NCBI GenBank assembly: GCA_963666055.2
Contig: CAXWPH010000007.1
Span: 96,001 to 160,000 of the forward strand
Source of the DNA: Acidobacteriota bacterium
GTDB lineage: Bacteria; Acidobacteriota; UBA890; WLXD01
Length of the DNA: 64,000 bases
Reading direction: 5' to 3'
The position numbers were made by a program, and so were the translations under genes. This document shows positions 1-10,383 of the stretch, in pieces. The notes under the pieces were generated by a model. That model saw only the letters and a list, made by a program, of their open reading frames with translations. It was not told the DNA's origin and did not search any database. Within the stretch, counting starts at the first letter, position 1. Every line of letters begins with the position of its first letter.

Positions 1-2
1 TT

Positions 3-131
3 CTGGGCGCCTGCGAGCAGCACCAGATTCCTGTGGTTGTGGTGCTGGCGGGCGGCTACGCGCGCCGTATCGAGGACACTGTAACGATTCACGGCAACAC
101 GGTTCGAGCCGCGGCGCAACTGTGGGCGTAG
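3..131 (+). CDS. Histone deacetylase family protein, C-terminal fragment (runs off window start)
   Basis: Frame 3 reads ...IPVVVVLAGGYARRIEDTVTIHGNT...*; LAGGY matches the HDAC-family C-terminal motif. Confidence 0.65.
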   Translation: MGACEQHQIPVVVVLAGGYARRIEDTVTIHGNTVRAAAQLWA

Positions 132-140
132 CCCTGGGAA

Positions 141-518
141 TCAGATCCGGAAAGCGTCGCGAACCCACTCCGATCGCAGGCTGCCTCGCCCATCGGTCAG
201 CAAGGACACGACGTCGAACCGGGCTGATTGGTAGGGGCGCTCGTATTGGCGTAGAAACGCTCCGGCGGCACGCGCCAGGCGACGCTGTTTGCGACGATCG
301 ACCGCCTCCAGGGGGGTTCCATAGCGATCCGAGCGGCGCGCCTTCACCTCGACGAATATCAGCCCTCCGTCGTCGTCGAGGGCGATCAGGTCGATCTCGC
401 CTCCAGCCCTGCGGAAACGGCGTTCGATCACCCGCAAGCCGGCCCGGGTGAGCAACTGCTCTGCATGGCGCTCGGCGGCGCGACCGAAACGACTGCGCCA
501 GGCGCGGTGCTGTCCCAT
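141..518 (-). CDS. yraN: YraN family (UPF0102) putative endonuclease
   Basis: G-x-x-A-E, GEIDLIA, FVEVKAR and RFDVV motifs; start placed at MGQHRAW. Confidence 0.9.
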   Translation of the reverse strand: MGQHRAWRSRFGRAAERHAEQLLTRAGLRVIERRFRRAGGEIDLIALDDDGGLIFVEVKARRSDRYGTPLEAVDRRKQRRLARAAGAFLRQYERPYQSARFDVVSLLTDGRGSLRSEWVRDAFRI

Positions 519-537
519 GTGCAAGCTATGGAGACGG

Positions 538-2019
538 TCAGCTATCGGCGACGCTCCCCGCTGACACACGCCGCCAGCGCACCCCCTCGGCGGTATCCTC
601 GACTTCTACACCCAGCTCGCGGAGCTGTTTCCGTAGAGCGTCAGAGGCCTCGAAATCACGCGCCATGCGTGCCCTCGCACGCCGCACGATCAGCGCCTCG
701 ACGTGCGGCGGAACCACCGGACCGCTGGCGCGGATGCTCGTCCCCTCGTGATCGATATCGAGCTCACGCCGCTCAACGTGCGGCAGGATGCCCCACAGCG
801 AATCTACATCCACGAGCCACTCGGTCACCGCGTCGAGAGTGCTGCGATCGACCCCCTCTCGGTCGAGGGCGCTGTTGACCCGGCGCACCAGGCTGAACAC
901 ATGGCCCAAAGCCCCGGCGCTATTGAGGTCGTCGTCGATGGCAGCGCCGAAATCCCGTTGAGCATCGAGCAAAGCGGCACGCACCGATGAGGCGCGCTCG
1001 GGATCGTAACTCGGCAGACGCTGTGATCGCTCCTCGATTCGTGCCAACAGCTCGTGCACCCGGCCGATCGACGCCGCGGCCTGCTCTATGGCCTCGAAGG
1101 TGAAATTGAGCGGGCGACGGTAGTGTACCGAGGCGAGCAAGTAGCGAATCGCCATCGGATCATGCCCGGCCTCGAGCAGCTGGACGAGGGTGTAGAAGTT
1201 CCCCAGCGACTTGGACATCTTGGTGCCGTCAACGATCAGATGGCTGCAGTGCATCCAGTAACGAACGAACTGCACTCCGGTCGCGGCTTCGCTCTGGGCG
1301 ATCTCGTTCTCATGATGCGGAAAGATGAGGTCGGCGCCACCAAGATGGATGTCGAAGGTCTCGCCCAGGTACTTCATGCTCATCGCCGAGCATTCCAGGT
1401 GCCACCCCGGCCTGCCTTCGCCGAACGGCGACGGCCACGAGGGCTCACCTTGGATGGCGGCCTTCCACAGGGTGAAGTCGCGGGAATCCTCCTTCGCCAG
1501 CCGGTCGCCCTCGACGCGCTCCGTCGATTTCATCGCCTCTGGATCGAGCCGCGCCAGCTGGCCGTAGGAAGCGAACGACCCGACTCGGAAAAAGACGTTG
1601 CCATCAGCGACATAGGCATGATCGTTGGCGAGCAGCCGCGAGATCAGGTCGATCATTTCCTCGATGTGGTCGGTCGCCCGCGGGTAGCACGCCGCCGGAC
1701 GCACTCCGAGCACTTCAAGGCCGCTGAGGAACTGCTCGACGAACGGCTCGGTGTGCTCGCGCAAGGGCACCCCGGCTTGTAGCGCACCGGAGATGGTGCG
1801 GTCGTCGATGTCCGTGATGTTCATCACCAGGTTCACGTCGTAGCCGCGCCACACGAGGTAGCGGTGCACGAGGTCAACCCAAACGAAGAAGCGGTAGTTG
1901 CCGATATGAGGTGTGTCGTAGACCGTGGGGCCACACGAGTAAACACACACTCGCGGCGGTAACAGTGGCTCGAACGGTTCCTTGCGGCGTGTTGAGGTGT
2001 TGTAGAAGCGCGTTGACAC
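538..2019 (-). CDS. cysS: Cysteine--tRNA ligase
   Basis: [23 protein letters not shown] and KMSKS motifs. Confidence 0.98.
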   Translation of the reverse strand: MSTRFYNTSTRRKEPFEPLLPPRVCVYSCGPTVYDTPHIGNYRFFVWVDLVHRYLVWRGYDVNLVMNITDIDDRTISGALQAGVPLREHTEPFVEQFLSGLEVLGVRPAACYPRATDHIEEMIDLISRLLANDHAYVADGNVFFRVGSFASYGQLARLDPEAMKSTERVEGDRLAKEDSRDFTLWKAAIQGEPSWPSPFGEGRPGWHLECSAMSMKYLGETFDIHLGGADLIFPHHENEIAQSEAATGVQFVRYWMHCSHLIVDGTKMSKSLGNFYTLVQLLEAGHDPMAIRYLLASVHYRRPLNFTFEAIEQAAASIGRVHELLARIEERSQRLPSYDPERASSVRAALLDAQRDFGAAIDDDLNSAGALGHVFSLVRRVNSALDREGVDRSTLDAVTEWLVDVDSLWGILPHVERRELDIDHEGTSIRASGPVVPPHVEALIVRRARARMARDFEASDALRKQLRELGVEVEDTAEGVRWRRVSAGSVADS

Positions 2020-2022
2020 TAG

Positions 2023-2096
2023 CAGGCCGTGGTGAAGGTGTGATGGGTCTGGTTACGCCGCCAAGGACACAGGTGCAAGGAGCAGCGACGCAAGCA
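2023..2096. repeat. Truncated, diverged left-end copy of the adjacent MITE
   Basis: CTAG (2019-2022) followed by caggccgtggtgaaggtgtgatgggtctggttacg, similar to sequence from 2101; ends at another CTAG (2097-2100). Confidence 0.75.
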
Positions 2097-2100
2097 CTAG

Positions 2101-2371
2101 CAGGCCGTGGTGAAAGTGTGGCGGGCCTGGTTACGGCGAGTTGGGGCCAGATGCAAGGCGGTCTGACGCAGGCGATGCCCTAGCCATCGTCCAGGAAGGC
2201 CAACGCCGCAGATGGCCCCAAATCGCCGTAACCCTCCGGGCGATAGGGGGTTGCGCGCGTATGCTGCGTCGTTCCTCGTCAACGATGGGGTAACCATCGC
2301 CTCCTCCTTTCTCCTTGCCTCCCCCTCGCAAGACCCTGTCGCCAGGCCCGCCACACTTTCACCACGGCCTG
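2101..2371. mobile_element. MITE-like non-autonomous element with 30-bp terminal inverted repeats and CTAG flanks
   Basis: caggccgtggtgaaagtgtggcgggcctgg (2101-2130) has a perfect reverse complement at 2342-2371; CTAG on both sides; no transposase inside. Confidence 0.85.
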
Positions 2372-2656
2372 CTAGACGCGGCACGAAACCGTGTGCGATT
2401 CGGCGCCCACGGCATCGAGACCGATGGTCACGTCGATGCCGTCGGTGACGACGATCAACCGAGCACGAATCACAGCCGCCGACGTTTTGCCGATATCGTC
2501 GAGCGCCTGTCGAACATCGGCCTCCAGTCGAGCGCTATCGCATCCGGCAGCGCCGGCGGCGGTCATGAAAGACTCAGTGGCGTTGACGACCAGACGGAAC
2601 ATCTCGGGGGCTGTCCCGGTGAGGGTAACCTCCTCGCCAACAAGCTCGTGGTTCAT
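2372..2656 (-). CDS. Small hypothetical protein
   Basis: MNHELVGEE... ORF co-oriented between ribF and cysS; its TAG stop lies in the CTAG flank of the MITE. Confidence 0.5.
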   Translation of the reverse strand: MNHELVGEEVTLTGTAPEMFRLVVNATESFMTAAGAAGCDSARLEADVRQALDDIGKTSAAVIRARLIVVTDGIDVTIGLDAVGAESHTVSCRV

Positions 2657-2762
2657 GATCGCAGTGATCGCCTTGTGGCCCGTGGACGCGGCGCCCGAAC
2701 CGCGCAGGGTGGCAGTATAGCTCACCCTATCTCTTGCGCCGGGCCGGTCGGATGCGGCGGTC

Positions 2763-3701
2763 TCAAGACGATGTCGGCCGTGTTTGGAAATACTGTCGGG
2801 TGGCTCGAACGTCGTCCTGGATCTGTGCCGCGAGTGCCGCGCCATCCGGAAACGCGCGTTCCTCGCGAAGCATGCGCAGCAGCGCAAGCTCGATGTTACG
2901 ACCGTAGATCGGCTCGGCGAAATCAAGCAGGTGGGCCTCGGCAACAAGGTCTCCGTGGGCCTCGAACGTGGGTCGACTGCCAATATTCGCGACTGCCTGA
3001 TGGGTGTCGCCACCGAGCCTCACCTCGGCCACATACACGCCGCGGCGCGGCGTGCAGATATTGCCGAGCTCGAGATTCGCCGTCGGGGCCGCCAGCAACC
3101 GACCGCGGCCCTTTCCGGAGACAACTTCCCCGGCGAGTGTGTAGGGCCTGCCGAGCAACGCTGCTGCCGCCTCGATCTTGCCCTTGCGGATGAGCTCACG
3201 GACGCGCGACGACGAAATCGGCTCGCCATCCACGACGACCGGTGGAACGCGCTCGACGCTGAACCCCGCATCCTCCGCCCGGCTCTCCAGGTACGCGGTG
3301 CGGCCGGCGCGCTCGCGACCGAAGGAAAACCCCTCACTGACGTGCACCGACCCGACGTCGAGCTCGGCGATGAGGAAGTCGTCTACGAATCGCCTTCGGC
3401 CTATCGCTGCGATCTGGCGATCGAAAGGGATCACCACCGCCACGTCGACACCGACGGCCTCGATCGCCGCAATGCGTTGTTCGGTGGTCTGCAGTGGCGC
3501 CGGGGGATTGTCCGACAACACCGCCATGGTGTGGGGATCGAAAGTGCACACGACAGCCTTCGCGCCTCGCTGGCGCGCCCCGTCCGTCGTTCGGCGCATG
3601 ACCTCCTGGTGCCCCAGGTGCACGCCGTCGAAGTTGCCGATGGTCACCGCAGGGCGATCGAGGTGAAGATCGAGATTGCGAAACCCGCGTACTACGCGCA
3701 T
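2763..3701 (-). CDS. ribF: Bifunctional riboflavin kinase/FAD synthetase
   Basis: IGNFDGVHLGHQ, ISSSRVR, PTANL and EAHLLDF motifs. Confidence 0.97.
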   Translation of the reverse strand: MRVVRGFRNLDLHLDRPAVTIGNFDGVHLGHQEVMRRTTDGARQRGAKAVVCTFDPHTMAVLSDNPPAPLQTTEQRIAAIEAVGVDVAVVIPFDRQIAAIGRRRFVDDFLIAELDVGSVHVSEGFSFGRERAGRTAYLESRAEDAGFSVERVPPVVVDGEPISSSRVRELIRKGKIEAAAALLGRPYTLAGEVVSGKGRGRLLAAPTANLELGNICTPRRGVYVAEVRLGGDTHQAVANIGSRPTFEAHGDLVAEAHLLDFAEPIYGRNIELALLRMLREERAFPDGAALAAQIQDDVRATRQYFQTRPTSS

Positions 3702-4498
3702 CGGGATCGCTCCGGTATCGGCAGCTCGATGGTGAGCTCGTCGTGCGCCACGTCGACGCCGTCAGGGAGGGTCTCCTGGACGGCCGCGTGTTCCAGGTCG
3801 TGGCTCAAATGAGTCAGGTAGGCTCGCCTGGGTTGCAGCCTTGCCACCTGCTCCAGCGCCTGTTCCACGGTGAAATGCGATCGGTGTGGTTTGCGACGAA
3901 GCGCGTCAATGATCAGCACATCGAGGCCGCGCAGCCGGGCGGCGGCATCAGCGGGAATCTCGTTGCAGTCCGTAGCGTAGGCAAAGTCGCCGATGCGGAA
4001 TGCCCGCACGGTCCCCTGCCCGTGCGGCAAAGGGATTGCCTCGACCGTCAACCCGAACAGCTCGAAGCAATCACCGATCTCTACAGGTGTCAGCCTTGGT
4101 ACGGCGATGGCGTCAGGATCGAAGGCATACTCAAACATTCCCTGCAGCGCGGCAAGCGTTTGACCATCACCGTAGAGCGGGATCGCTCGTCGGTGGACGA
4201 AGTTGAAGATTCTGAGCTCGTCGAGCCCCAGAACATGGTCGGCATGAGCATGCGTATACATCACCGCGTCGACCCGGTCGACGCCCGCTCGTAGCGCTTG
4301 CTGGCGAAGATCGGTCGCAGTATCCACGAGTACCTTGACCACCTCCCCATCGGGTGTGGACCATTCCAGCAACAAACTGGCACGCAGGCGTCGGTTGCGA
4401 GGATCGGCAGATGTGCAAACATCGCAGCCGCATGTGATGACAGGAATCCCTGCCGAGGTGCCCGTACCCAGAAAGGTCACCCGAAGTCCGTCAAACAT
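3692..4498 (-). CDS. MBL-fold metallo-hydrolase (PhnP-like phosphodiesterase)
   Basis: LGTGTSAGIP-x3-C-x-C-x2-C, THAHADH and THLSH motifs. Confidence 0.92.
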   Translation of the reverse strand: MFDGLRVTFLGTGTSAGIPVITCGCDVCTSADPRNRRLRASLLLEWSTPDGEVVKVLVDTATDLRQQALRAGVDRVDAVMYTHAHADHVLGLDELRIFNFVHRRAIPLYGDGQTLAALQGMFEYAFDPDAIAVPRLTPVEIGDCFELFGLTVEAIPLPHGQGTVRAFRIGDFAYATDCNEIPADAAARLRGLDVLIIDALRRKPHRSHFTVEQALEQVARLQPRRAYLTHLSHDLEHAAVQETLPDGVDVAHDELTIELPIPERSRCA

Positions 4499-4651
4499 GG
4501 TCAGTTGGAAGGTCGCGAGCGGAGGGCGCCGGCACGCGGCGCCAGCGAACAGAGGCGGCGAACGGCGGCCGATCTTACCACGGCATACGTTCCTTGACTC
4601 CGGACTCTAGTGGCCCGTAACAGATGATCGTTGCATATCATGGTGGAGCCA

Positions 4652-4936
4652 ATGTCCGAGCTGCTGTTGGTGCTTTACAGTCGCCCCGGTTGCCACCTTT
4701 GCGATGAGGCCAAGGAGGCCCTGGCGCCACTTGCAGCCCGCTACGCCCTGCGTGTCGAGGAGCGCAACGTCGAGCTGGATCCACGCTGGGAGCGCCAGTA
4801 CGGCGCGCAGATACCGGTGGGGGTGCTGGCCGGCCGCAAGGTGTTCAAGTTCCGGCTCGACTCGAGCCGCCTGGAGCGCTCCATTCAAGCGTACTTGCGA
4901 GCCAGAAAGGAACCTGCGACCGGTGCCGCAGGATGA
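4652..4936 (+). CDS. Glutaredoxin-like protein (DUF836 type)
   Basis: YSRPGCHLC motif and IPV cis-proline motif. Confidence 0.85.
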   Translation: MSELLLVLYSRPGCHLCDEAKEALAPLAARYALRVEERNVELDPRWERQYGAQIPVGVLAGRKVFKFRLDSSRLERSIQAYLRARKEPATGAAG

Positions 4937-5002
4937 CCGGCGCGACGATCGCTGTGCTAACCTCTAGCTTGTTTCTCGGCACGAATTGCACGGAGCGATT
5001 CC

Positions 5003-5452
5003 ATGGGGATTCGACGCAAAGGGATCGTGATCGCGGGGTTGGTCGTGGCCACGGCGCTCGGCTACCTGATCGTTACCGGCATGCGCGATACGATGGTGTT
5101 CTACTACACCGTCAGCGAGGTCACCTCGCAGCGTGAGGCGCTCAGCGACGTCCCGCTGCGCATTGCCGGCAAGGTCGTCGCCGGCACGATTCAGGTGTCG
5201 GACACGAATCATCTCGATCGGCGATTCGTGATCCAGGAAGGTGGTTTCCAGATTCCGGTCACTTATCACGGCATCACGCCAGACACACTGGTCGACGGTG
5301 CCGACGCCGTGGTCGAAGGCAAACTGGGTGCCGACGGCGTGTTCCACGCCACCTTCGTGATGGCCAAGTGCCCCTCGAAGTACGAGGCCGAGACCGACCT
5401 CTCCAAGTACCGCGAGGCCGGCGTCGCGCCCCGCACCCAGACCTCGCCCTGA
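5003..5452 (+). CDS. ccmE: Cytochrome c maturation heme chaperone CcmE (CxxxY variant)
   Basis: N-terminal anchor, YY-T-V-S-E, VVEG and AKCPSKY motifs. Confidence 0.93.
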   Translation: MGIRRKGIVIAGLVVATALGYLIVTGMRDTMVFYYTVSEVTSQREALSDVPLRIAGKVVAGTIQVSDTNHLDRRFVIQEGGFQIPVTYHGITPDTLVDGADAVVEGKLGADGVFHATFVMAKCPSKYEAETDLSKYREAGVAPRTQTSP

Positions 5453-5477
5453 TCACGGGCAGCGGAGCTTCCCGCAG

Positions 5478-7439
5478 TTGATCGTTCTAGGTCACAGCGC
5501 CCTGATCGCGGCGTTTGCCACGGCGGCATACACAATCGCTGTGGCGATGCTTGGCGTCCGACGCCGGCAGCCCAACCTTGTGGCAAGCGCCCGCAACGGT
5601 GTGTACGTAACCTCGGGCCTGGTATTCGTTGCCGTAGGGTCGCTTCTCTGGTTGATGGCCAACGATCGCTTCGTCGTTCGCTACGTCGCCGAGAACTCGC
5701 GTATCGACCAGCCGCTCATCTACAAGATTTCGGCGCTCTGGGGCGGAATGGCGGGGTCGTTGCTGTTGTGGACCGTGATTCTGTGCATGTACTCGTCGCT
5801 GGCCGCGTGGATCAATCGGCGCCGGCACCCGGAGCTCATGCCCTACGTCTATACCGTATGCATGACGACGGCGTTGTTCTTCATCGCGCTGCAGCTGTTC
5901 GCTGCGGATCCATTCGAGACGCTGCCCTTCACGCCGCTGGATGGGCGTGGCCTGAACCCGCTGCTGCAAAACCCGGCGATGGCCATCCACCCGCCCAACC
6001 TATACCTGGGCTTCGTGGGGTTTACGATCCCGTTCGCTTTCGCCATCGCCGCGCTGGCTAGCGGACGGCTAGATACATCGTGGCTCCACGCTATTCGACG
6101 TTGGACGATCGTTGCCTGGTTCTTCCTGTCCATCGGCATCACGCTGGGAGCGCAGTGGGCCTATGTCGAGCTCGGCTGGGGAGGCTACTGGGGCTGGGAC
6201 CCGGTGGAAAACGCCTCGTTGATGCCCTGGCTGATAGCGACCGCCTATCTGCACTCGGTGATGATCGAAGAGAAGAAACAGATGCTGCGCGTATGGAACA
6301 TGCTGATGGTGATCGCCACCTTCGCGCTCTGCATCTTCGGCACGTTCCTCACCCGCTCGGGAATCGTCTCGTCAGTACACGCATTCACCACTTCGAACCT
6401 GGGCCCGCTGTTCGCCATCTTCCTGGCGGTCATCCTTGCGGTCAGCCTGGGCCTGGTGGCGTGGCGGCTTCCCGACCTGCGGAGCGAGAATCAGCTCGAG
6501 TCGGTGTTGTCGCGCGAGTCATCGTTTCTGTTTAACAACCTCGTCTTGGTAGTGTCCTGTTTCGCGGTGCTCTGGGGCACCATGTTCCCGGTGATCAGCG
6601 AGGCGGTAAACGGCGTCAAGATCACCGTCGGGCCGCCTTTCTTCAACCGCGTGAACGTGCCGATCTTCCTCTTACTCCTGGCGCTGACCGGTATCGGCCC
6701 GCTCATCGCCTGGCGGCGGGCCTCGTGGCCCAGCCTCCGTCGGGCATTCGTCTGGCCAAGCATCGCAGGGCTTGGCACGGTGATCGTGATGTTGGTAATG
6801 CGCGTCGGCGGTGTCTACTCACTCATGTCGATCGGCCTGTCGGCGTTCGTCGTTGGTACCGTTGTCCAGGAGTTCTGGCGCGGTACTCGGGCACGATCCT
6901 CTGCCAACGGCGAGTCGTGGCACCAAGCACTGCTCGGCCTCACGATGCGCAACAAGCGTCGCTACGGCGGCTACATCATTCACGTAGGGGTGGTCCTGAT
7001 GGCCATAGGTATCACCGGATCTAGCGTGTTCCAGCGCGAGGTAGAGGCGACCCTGCGCCCAGGCGAAACCGTCGATATAGGTAGCTATCGGCTCCAATAC
7101 GAGGAGCTCAACCACTTCCAGGTGAGCGGCGTAGAGGTGAGCTCGGCTTCGCTGATCGCCTTTGCTGGAGGCCGCCCTCGGTTCCGGCTGGTGCCGCAAC
7201 GGCACTTCCATCCGGCGCAGGACAATCCCACCACGGAAGTAGCGATTTGGAGCAGTCTGCGCCACGATCTATACATTGTGCTCGCTGGTTGGGATGCGCA
7301 GCAAACGGCGACGTTCAAGGCGTATTTGAATCCACTGGTGAAGTGGATCTGGATCGGCCTCGCGGTGCTGGCGTTGGGCTCCATTGTGGCGATGTTCCCC
7401 GACCGACGGCACAGCCAGGTCGGAATTCCCAACTACTGA
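5478..7439 (+). CDS. ccmF: Heme lyase CcmF
   Basis: WGGYWGWDPVENASLMPW WWD motif, HPP, SVHAF; many transmembrane segments. Confidence 0.97.
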   Translation: MIVLGHSALIAAFATAAYTIAVAMLGVRRRQPNLVASARNGVYVTSGLVFVAVGSLLWLMANDRFVVRYVAENSRIDQPLIYKISALWGGMAGSLLLWTVILCMYSSLAAWINRRRHPELMPYVYTVCMTTALFFIALQLFAADPFETLPFTPLDGRGLNPLLQNPAMAIHPPNLYLGFVGFTIPFAFAIAALASGRLDTSWLHAIRRWTIVAWFFLSIGITLGAQWAYVELGWGGYWGWDPVENASLMPWLIATAYLHSVMIEEKKQMLRVWNMLMVIATFALCIFGTFLTRSGIVSSVHAFTTSNLGPLFAIFLAVILAVSLGLVAWRLPDLRSENQLESVLSRESSFLFNNLVLVVSCFAVLWGTMFPVISEAVNGVKITVGPPFFNRVNVPIFLLLLALTGIGPLIAWRRASWPSLRRAFVWPSIAGLGTVIVMLVMRVGGVYSLMSIGLSAFVVGTVVQEFWRGTRARSSANGESWHQALLGLTMRNKRRYGGYIIHVGVVLMAIGITGSSVFQREVEATLRPGETVDIGSYRLQYEELNHFQVSGVEVSSASLIAFAGGRPRFRLVPQRHFHPAQDNPTTEVAIWSSLRHDLYIVLAGWDAQQTATFKAYLNPLVKWIWIGLAVLALGSIVAMFPDRRHSQVGIPNY

Positions 7440-7441
7440 CG

Positions 7442-7972
7442 ATGGGTTACACCATGGGTGGAACGCGCCACGAAAACGGCACTGGAAAGCTATTCGTGCT
7501 GACTGCCGTCGTGGCGGCCGCAGTGGGGTTGGGTGCGGCGTGGTGGATGGCTCAGCCGGACTACAGCATCGACTCGTTCACTCGCCTGTCCGGTGAGATC
7601 GGCTGCCAGTGTGGAACCTGCCCTCTGAGACCAATCGCTACCTGCGGATGCGGCTACGCTGACGGCATGCTCGCCGAGCTCCACGAGCTGCTCGATTCCG
7701 GCCAATCCGATGAACAGGTCATGACCACCCTCGTGGCCCGCTACGACGGGTCGGTGCGCATCAAGCCCGAGGGCACCGGGCTCGGTTTGGCCGCCTGGGC
7801 AGCGCCCATCCTGCTGTTGACGGTGGGCGCCGTCGGTGTCGGATCGGTGCTGGCGCGCTGGACTCGACGCAATGCCGACAACAGCGGCGACGAGGCGGCC
7901 ACACCAGGCCGTGACGACGACGCCAGGCTACGCGAGATCGTCGAGCGCGAGCTGAGCTCGCTCGAAGACTGA
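7442..7972 (+). CDS. ccmH: CcmH-like cytochrome c biogenesis protein
   Basis: Follows ccmF; Cys-rich CQCGTC...CGC motif, G-x-S-D-E-Q-V...RY and a C-terminal AW-x2-P TM helix. Confidence 0.75.
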   Translation: MGYTMGGTRHENGTGKLFVLTAVVAAAVGLGAAWWMAQPDYSIDSFTRLSGEIGCQCGTCPLRPIATCGCGYADGMLAELHELLDSGQSDEQVMTTLVARYDGSVRIKPEGTGLGLAAWAAPILLLTVGAVGVGSVLARWTRRNADNSGDEAATPGRDDDARLREIVERELSSLED

Positions 7973-8487
7973 TGGACGTCGTCATTCCCGTGGCGGTGGC
8001 GCTGCTGGCGGCCCTCGGGCTGCTCTATCCGTTAGTGCGACCCCCGTTGCTGGCTCTCGATGACGGCGGCGGACCATGGTCAAAGCTCGCCGCCCTCGAG
8101 GAGCGCAAGCTGTTGATCTACGGAGCGATCCGCGAAACGAGCTTCGACTTCCGCACCGACAAGGTCGGCGAGGAGGATTACCGGCACGAGATCGAGTTAC
8201 TGAAGAATCAGGCGATCGAGGTAGTGGCGGAGATCGAAGCGTTGCGCAACCAGGTGCCACACGCCACGAAGTCGCTCGAGAAGAGCATCTCCACGGCGCG
8301 GCAGCGCCTATTGCAGGCGGAGCGCGACGCATCAGAGGCAGCGACCGATCATGCCACCCCTGCGGGCCTGACGGCCGCCGGCACCACGTCCGTGGCGGCG
8401 GCCAGTTTTTGCACCTCCTGCGGCCACGCTACCGCCCCCGAAGATCGCTTCTGTGCCGCCTGCGGAGCCGGATTAAAAGCCACCTGA
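7972..8487 (+). CDS. Membrane-anchored zinc-ribbon protein in the ccm operon (CcmI-like N-terminus)
   Basis: N-terminal TM, D-x3-D-K-x4-D-Y segment and C-terminal FCTSCG...FCAACG. Confidence 0.75.
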   Translation: MDVVIPVAVALLAALGLLYPLVRPPLLALDDGGGPWSKLAALEERKLLIYGAIRETSFDFRTDKVGEEDYRHEIELLKNQAIEVVAEIEALRNQVPHATKSLEKSISTARQRLLQAERDASEAATDHATPAGLTAAGTTSVAAASFCTSCGHATAPEDRFCAACGAGLKAT

Positions 8488-8489
8488 CA

Positions 8490-9665
8490 ATGCGCTGGAA
8501 GGGAGGTGTGGCCTGCAGCGCGATCGTCGTCCTGACCACCGGTGGCATGGCCCCGGCGGCACCGGCCCAAGACGAGACCACCTCGGTAGAGGCCCGCGCG
8601 ACGCTCCCCGACGGCTCCCGAGTAACACCACTCATGCGGCTGGAAGTACACGACGGCACCGACATCGTGTTTTCGGCGCGGGCCGATGCAGACGACACCG
8701 GCACCGTCCGGTGGGATTCGGTACCGGCCGCGCCGGGCATGCACGCCACCGTCAGCGCCGAGTACGACGGCGCCACCTATCGATCAGCAACCGCCACTAT
8801 GAGCGCCGGGACGGTTCTCCAGGTCGACCTACCGGTGTTCCCGGTGACCGCTGCCGGAAACCCGATCCACATCGACACGCTGCATGTGATTGTCCAGGCC
8901 GATGACCCCAACATCTACCGCGTCCTGCAGTTCATGACCGTCAGCAATGCCGGCCGCGCCGCCTACGCCGGTGGGCCGCTGCTCGACGATGGGCGACCGG
9001 CCGGATTGATGATTCCACTACCCGCTCAAGCGTCCGACGTCAGCCCTGCACCCTTCCCGACACCGGAAGACGCCCTGCCGCCAGCCGACACCGAGATCGA
9101 GCCCGGTCGAGTACTGGATGCGCGCCCGGTACCTCCCACCGGACGCCAGGTGGCGGTAACCTACACGTTGACTGCCGACGACAACCGCATGTCGTTCAGG
9201 CTCGATCTCCCCTACCCGGTACAAACCGTCAGTGTGATGCTGGGCGGGGACGCCGTGACGGGCCTCGAGCTCACCAGCACCACGCTGCAGCAAGACGAGC
9301 CGCAGGATATCGGCGGTCAACTGTACGAACTATGGACGGCGCAGGCCCTTTCACCGGGGACCGAGTTGTCGTTCGAGCTCGGCGCTCTCAGTGTCCGATT
9401 GCTGCCAACGCACTGGGCGCTGATCGGGCTCGCGATCGCCATGGTGTCGGCCGTATTGGCATCGCTGCATGGTGGAGGGTCGGTGCAACATGCTCGCCAG
9501 CTCCACGCTCGTCTGATCGATCAGATAGCGCGCCTCGACGTCGAACATGAGCGCGGCGAGATCGCCGACGCCCATTACTTCCGAGAGCGCGGCCAGGAGC
9601 TGGAGCGTCTACACCTACTGGAGCAACAGGCGAAGTCGGCGCGAGCGACGCGCGCGACCAGCTAG
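8490..9665 (+). CDS. Hypothetical exported/membrane protein in the ccm operon
   Basis: Signal peptide, beta-rich body, C-terminal TM, then an IARLD...G-x-I tail; tightly coupled to neighbours. Confidence 0.75.
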   Translation: MRWKGGVACSAIVVLTTGGMAPAAPAQDETTSVEARATLPDGSRVTPLMRLEVHDGTDIVFSARADADDTGTVRWDSVPAAPGMHATVSAEYDGATYRSATATMSAGTVLQVDLPVFPVTAAGNPIHIDTLHVIVQADDPNIYRVLQFMTVSNAGRAAYAGGPLLDDGRPAGLMIPLPAQASDVSPAPFPTPEDALPPADTEIEPGRVLDARPVPPTGRQVAVTYTLTADDNRMSFRLDLPYPVQTVSVMLGGDAVTGLELTSTTLQQDEPQDIGGQLYELWTAQALSPGTELSFELGALSVRLLPTHWALIGLAIAMVSAVLASLHGGGSVQHARQLHARLIDQIARLDVEHERGEIADAHYFRERGQELERLHLLEQQAKSARATRATS

Positions 9666-9672
9666 GGCGGCC

Positions 9673-10383
9673 GTGCAAGCCACCATCGTTGCCCGTGGGC
9701 TCGGGAAACGGTTCGGCCGGCACGTCGGCTTGGCCGGCGTCGAGCTCGAGGTTCCGCGAGGCGAGTTCCTTACCATCTTTGGGCCCAATGGTGCCGGTAA
9801 GACAACCCTCATTCGTTGTTTATCGACGCTGGCGCGTCCCACCACCGGCACCGTCGAGATCCTCGGAACCGGGCTGGTCAGCGCCAGTGCCAAGATCCGT
9901 GCACGGATCGGCGTCGTATCGCACGAATCATTCCTCTATGGACAGCTCACGGCGCGCGAGAACCTGCTTTTCTACGCCCGAATGTTCGGCGTCGAGCAAC
10001 CTGAAACACGCGTGCGCGCCGTTGCCGACATGATGCAGCTCAGCAATCGTCTCGATGATCAGGTGCGAGCCTTCTCGCGTGGGCTAGTACAGCGATGCTC
10101 CATCGCACGCGCCTTGGTACACGAGCCCGACGTGCTGCTATTCGACGAGCCGTTCTCCGGGCTCGACCCTCTCGCCGCCACACGCTTGGTGGACATCTTG
10201 CGCGCCGCCCACGACGCCGGTGGCACCGTCGTCATGACCAGCCATGACCTTCGCCGCGGCATCGAGCTGGCCGACCGCGTGGCGGTGCTTCGGCGAGGCA
10301 AGCTAGCTCATATCCAGCCGGCGAGCACCGCTGACGATTTCGAAGCCATTTACTACGGCCTGGTCGCGGAGGGTGGCCGATGA
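9673..10383 (+). CDS. ccmA: Heme ABC exporter ATP-binding protein CcmA
   Basis: GPNGAGKTT Walker A, FSRG signature and LLFDEP; upstream of ccmB and ccmC. Confidence 0.9.
   Translation: MQATIVARGLGKRFGRHVGLAGVELEVPRGEFLTIFGPNGAGKTTLIRCLSTLARPTTGTVEILGTGLVSASAKIRARIGVVSHESFLYGQLTARENLLFYARMFGVEQPETRVRAVADMMQLSNRLDDQVRAFSRGLVQRCSIARALVHEPDVLLFDEPFSGLDPLAATRLVDILRAAHDAGGTVVMTSHDLRRGIELADRVAVLRRGKLAHIQPASTADDFEAIYYGLVAEGGR

Noticed and set aside
4014-4030. PCPCG-encoding sequence as the missing comM 3' half
   Set aside because: It lies antisense within the MBL hydrolase gene and does not continue as ComM.
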